A stretch of 64,000 bases of DNA, from NCBI RefSeq assembly GCF_006345805.1, contig NC_043006.1, positions 42,408,001-42,472,000 on the forward strand. Direction: 5' to 3'. Below, one piece after another: positions 62,055-64,000 of the stretch (its first letter is position 1; each line of letters opens with the position of its first letter). Both the position numbers and the translations under genes were made by a program. Source of the DNA: Octopus sinensis (lineage: Eukaryota). Below the pieces are notes generated by a model, which made no database searches, had not been told where the DNA came from, and saw only the letters and a program-made list of their open reading frames with translations.

Positions 62055-62398
62055 CATGTATGTATGTATGTATGTATGTATGTATGTATGTATGTATGTA
62101 TGTATGTATGTATGTATGTATGTATGTATGTATGTATGTGCGTATGTACGTATGTATGTATGTGCGTATGTACGTATGTATGTATGTATGTATGCATGTA
62201 TGTATGAATGAATGCATGTATGTATGCATATATGTATGAATGTATGTATGTATGGATGTATGAATGAATGTATGTATGTATGTATGTGTGTGTGTATGTA
62301 TGTATGTATGTATGTATGTATGTATGTATGTATGTATGCATGTACGTACGTATGTATGTATGTATGTATGCATGTATGTATTTAGTATGTATGTATGA

Positions 62399-62431
<33 letters not shown>

Positions 62432-62583
62432 TGTATGTATGTATGTATGTATGTATGTATGTATGTGTGTATGTATGTATGTATGTACGTACGTATGTAT
62501 GTATGCATGTATGTATGTAGTATGTATGTATGAATATATGTATGTATGTACGTATGTATGTACGTACGTACGCATGTATGTAT

Positions 62584-62627
<44 letters not shown>

Positions 62628-62691
62628 TCACACACAAACATGCACAAACGCACACTCAGATATATATATATAAATACGCATCTATACACAT

Positions 62692-62771
<80 letters not shown>

Positions 62772-62802
62772 CCAAACACAAACAGACACATACACATACT
62801 CA

Positions 62803-62845
<43 letters not shown>
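62055..62845. repeat. (TATG)n/(CA)n/(TA)n compound microsatellite
   Basis: Direct reading. Confidence 0.95.
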
Positions 62846-63237
62846 GCATCTGCCATCAATTTTCATTTTGTCATCATTTAATGCTGTCACATCCGTTTAT
62901 CGGTTTGCCCCTATCTACATGTACAGGTTGACTGACAAATAGACTTCCATAAATCTTGTCTATTTTTATGCGTATCTGTATATGTATATCGCAGTAATTT
63001 CTCTCTCTTTCTGTTTATTTTTATTTCTACCTGTTTTCATATTTATGTCACTATTAAACATATATAAGTATGCGTATACACATACACTTGCACACATGCA
63101 TTAACACAACACAAATACACGTACACATATTTCTTGTTATTTTTCTTTTTCCTTTGGACATAATTTTTTTTGTTTCTATTCGAATGACTCCGTGCTTTTA
63201 TAGTCTTTGTTATTATAAAGGATGTGCTTTGCCTTTC

Positions 63238-63243
<6 letters not shown>

Positions 63244-63312
<69 letters not shown>

Positions 63313-63316
63313 GAGA
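63244..63316. repeat. (GA)n microsatellite
   Basis: Direct reading. Confidence 0.95.
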
Positions 63317-64000
63317 GCATACATACACATACATATAAAGCAGAGAAAAAGAAAAGTCGCTAAAAGCTTTCACATCGACGCCTCTATTTCAGCAGCAGAT
63401 GAAAGAAACACCTATTTCGTAATTGGAATACATGCACACATACTCACACATACTACATATATACATACATGCATGTATGTACACATATACACACATACAT
63501 ATGTAACTGTATACACATATATTTGTGTGTGTGTGTTTATAAGTTACTATGAGTAAAATACAATATCAACAGCAAAGACTTTTGATACCGATACCTTACA
63601 AAACTAGATGACACCTGGAAAGTGAAAGTAAAAGTGTCGGACTAGATTATCAATTGGAAAATTCTAAAAAGATCCTGACCTTTCAAAATTTGGAAATAAG
63701 AGACGTTATCTGTGTACAGCTGAAAAACCCCCAGAAAATCGCCAAAGCCTTCACAACTGAGAACCCAATTTCAACACCAGATCAAATAATTCGAAATTTG
63801 TAGGCACATCGTAAAACATCTATGGCTGAAGTGCGAAGCACTACATTCATCCGACTAGAACCATATATAACTTAGATATCTGGTATTGCTTCGTCTTTCT
63901 TTGCTCCTTCCAGTTCCAACTTTCCACCAAGCATTCTCCTACTTATTTCTCTCTCTACACACCTTAGTCTTCCTTCATTTGACACTTTAAGTTCCATTTC

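Overview
Animal nuclear DNA dominated by repeats. The SINE, MITE and microsatellite repertoire looks like that of an octopod cephalopod (recognised from memory, not from a database search). I cannot support any intact host protein-coding gene. Nearly all ORF-track entries are microsatellite or SINE artefacts; the rest are decayed retroelement or transposase fragments. The window samples many non-LTR groups: two CR1-type families, three RTE families, Tx1/L1, Hero and CRE (both RLE-type), and Penelope-like pieces. It also holds mariner, hAT- and piggyBac-type MITEs, several tRNA-derived SINE families, and long (TA)n/(TATG)n/(GATA)n/trinucleotide tracts, often nested. The main observation is a complete hammerhead-ribozyme core whose strands are in a non-circularly permuted, pseudoknotted order in the 3' UTR of the Hero element (57913-58006, minus strand). 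Other notable features: a tRNA-headed SINE with a Penelope-type minimal hammerhead tail; two SINE-LINE partner pairs readable inside the window (SINE-A with CR1, including a covarying hairpin; SINE-B' with Tx1); and an RTE family whose 3' UTR is an expandable array of stem-loops. SINE family letters are my own labels, and most boundaries are approximate (about +/-20 bp) unless a target-site duplication (TSD) or terminal inverted repeat (TIR) is cited.
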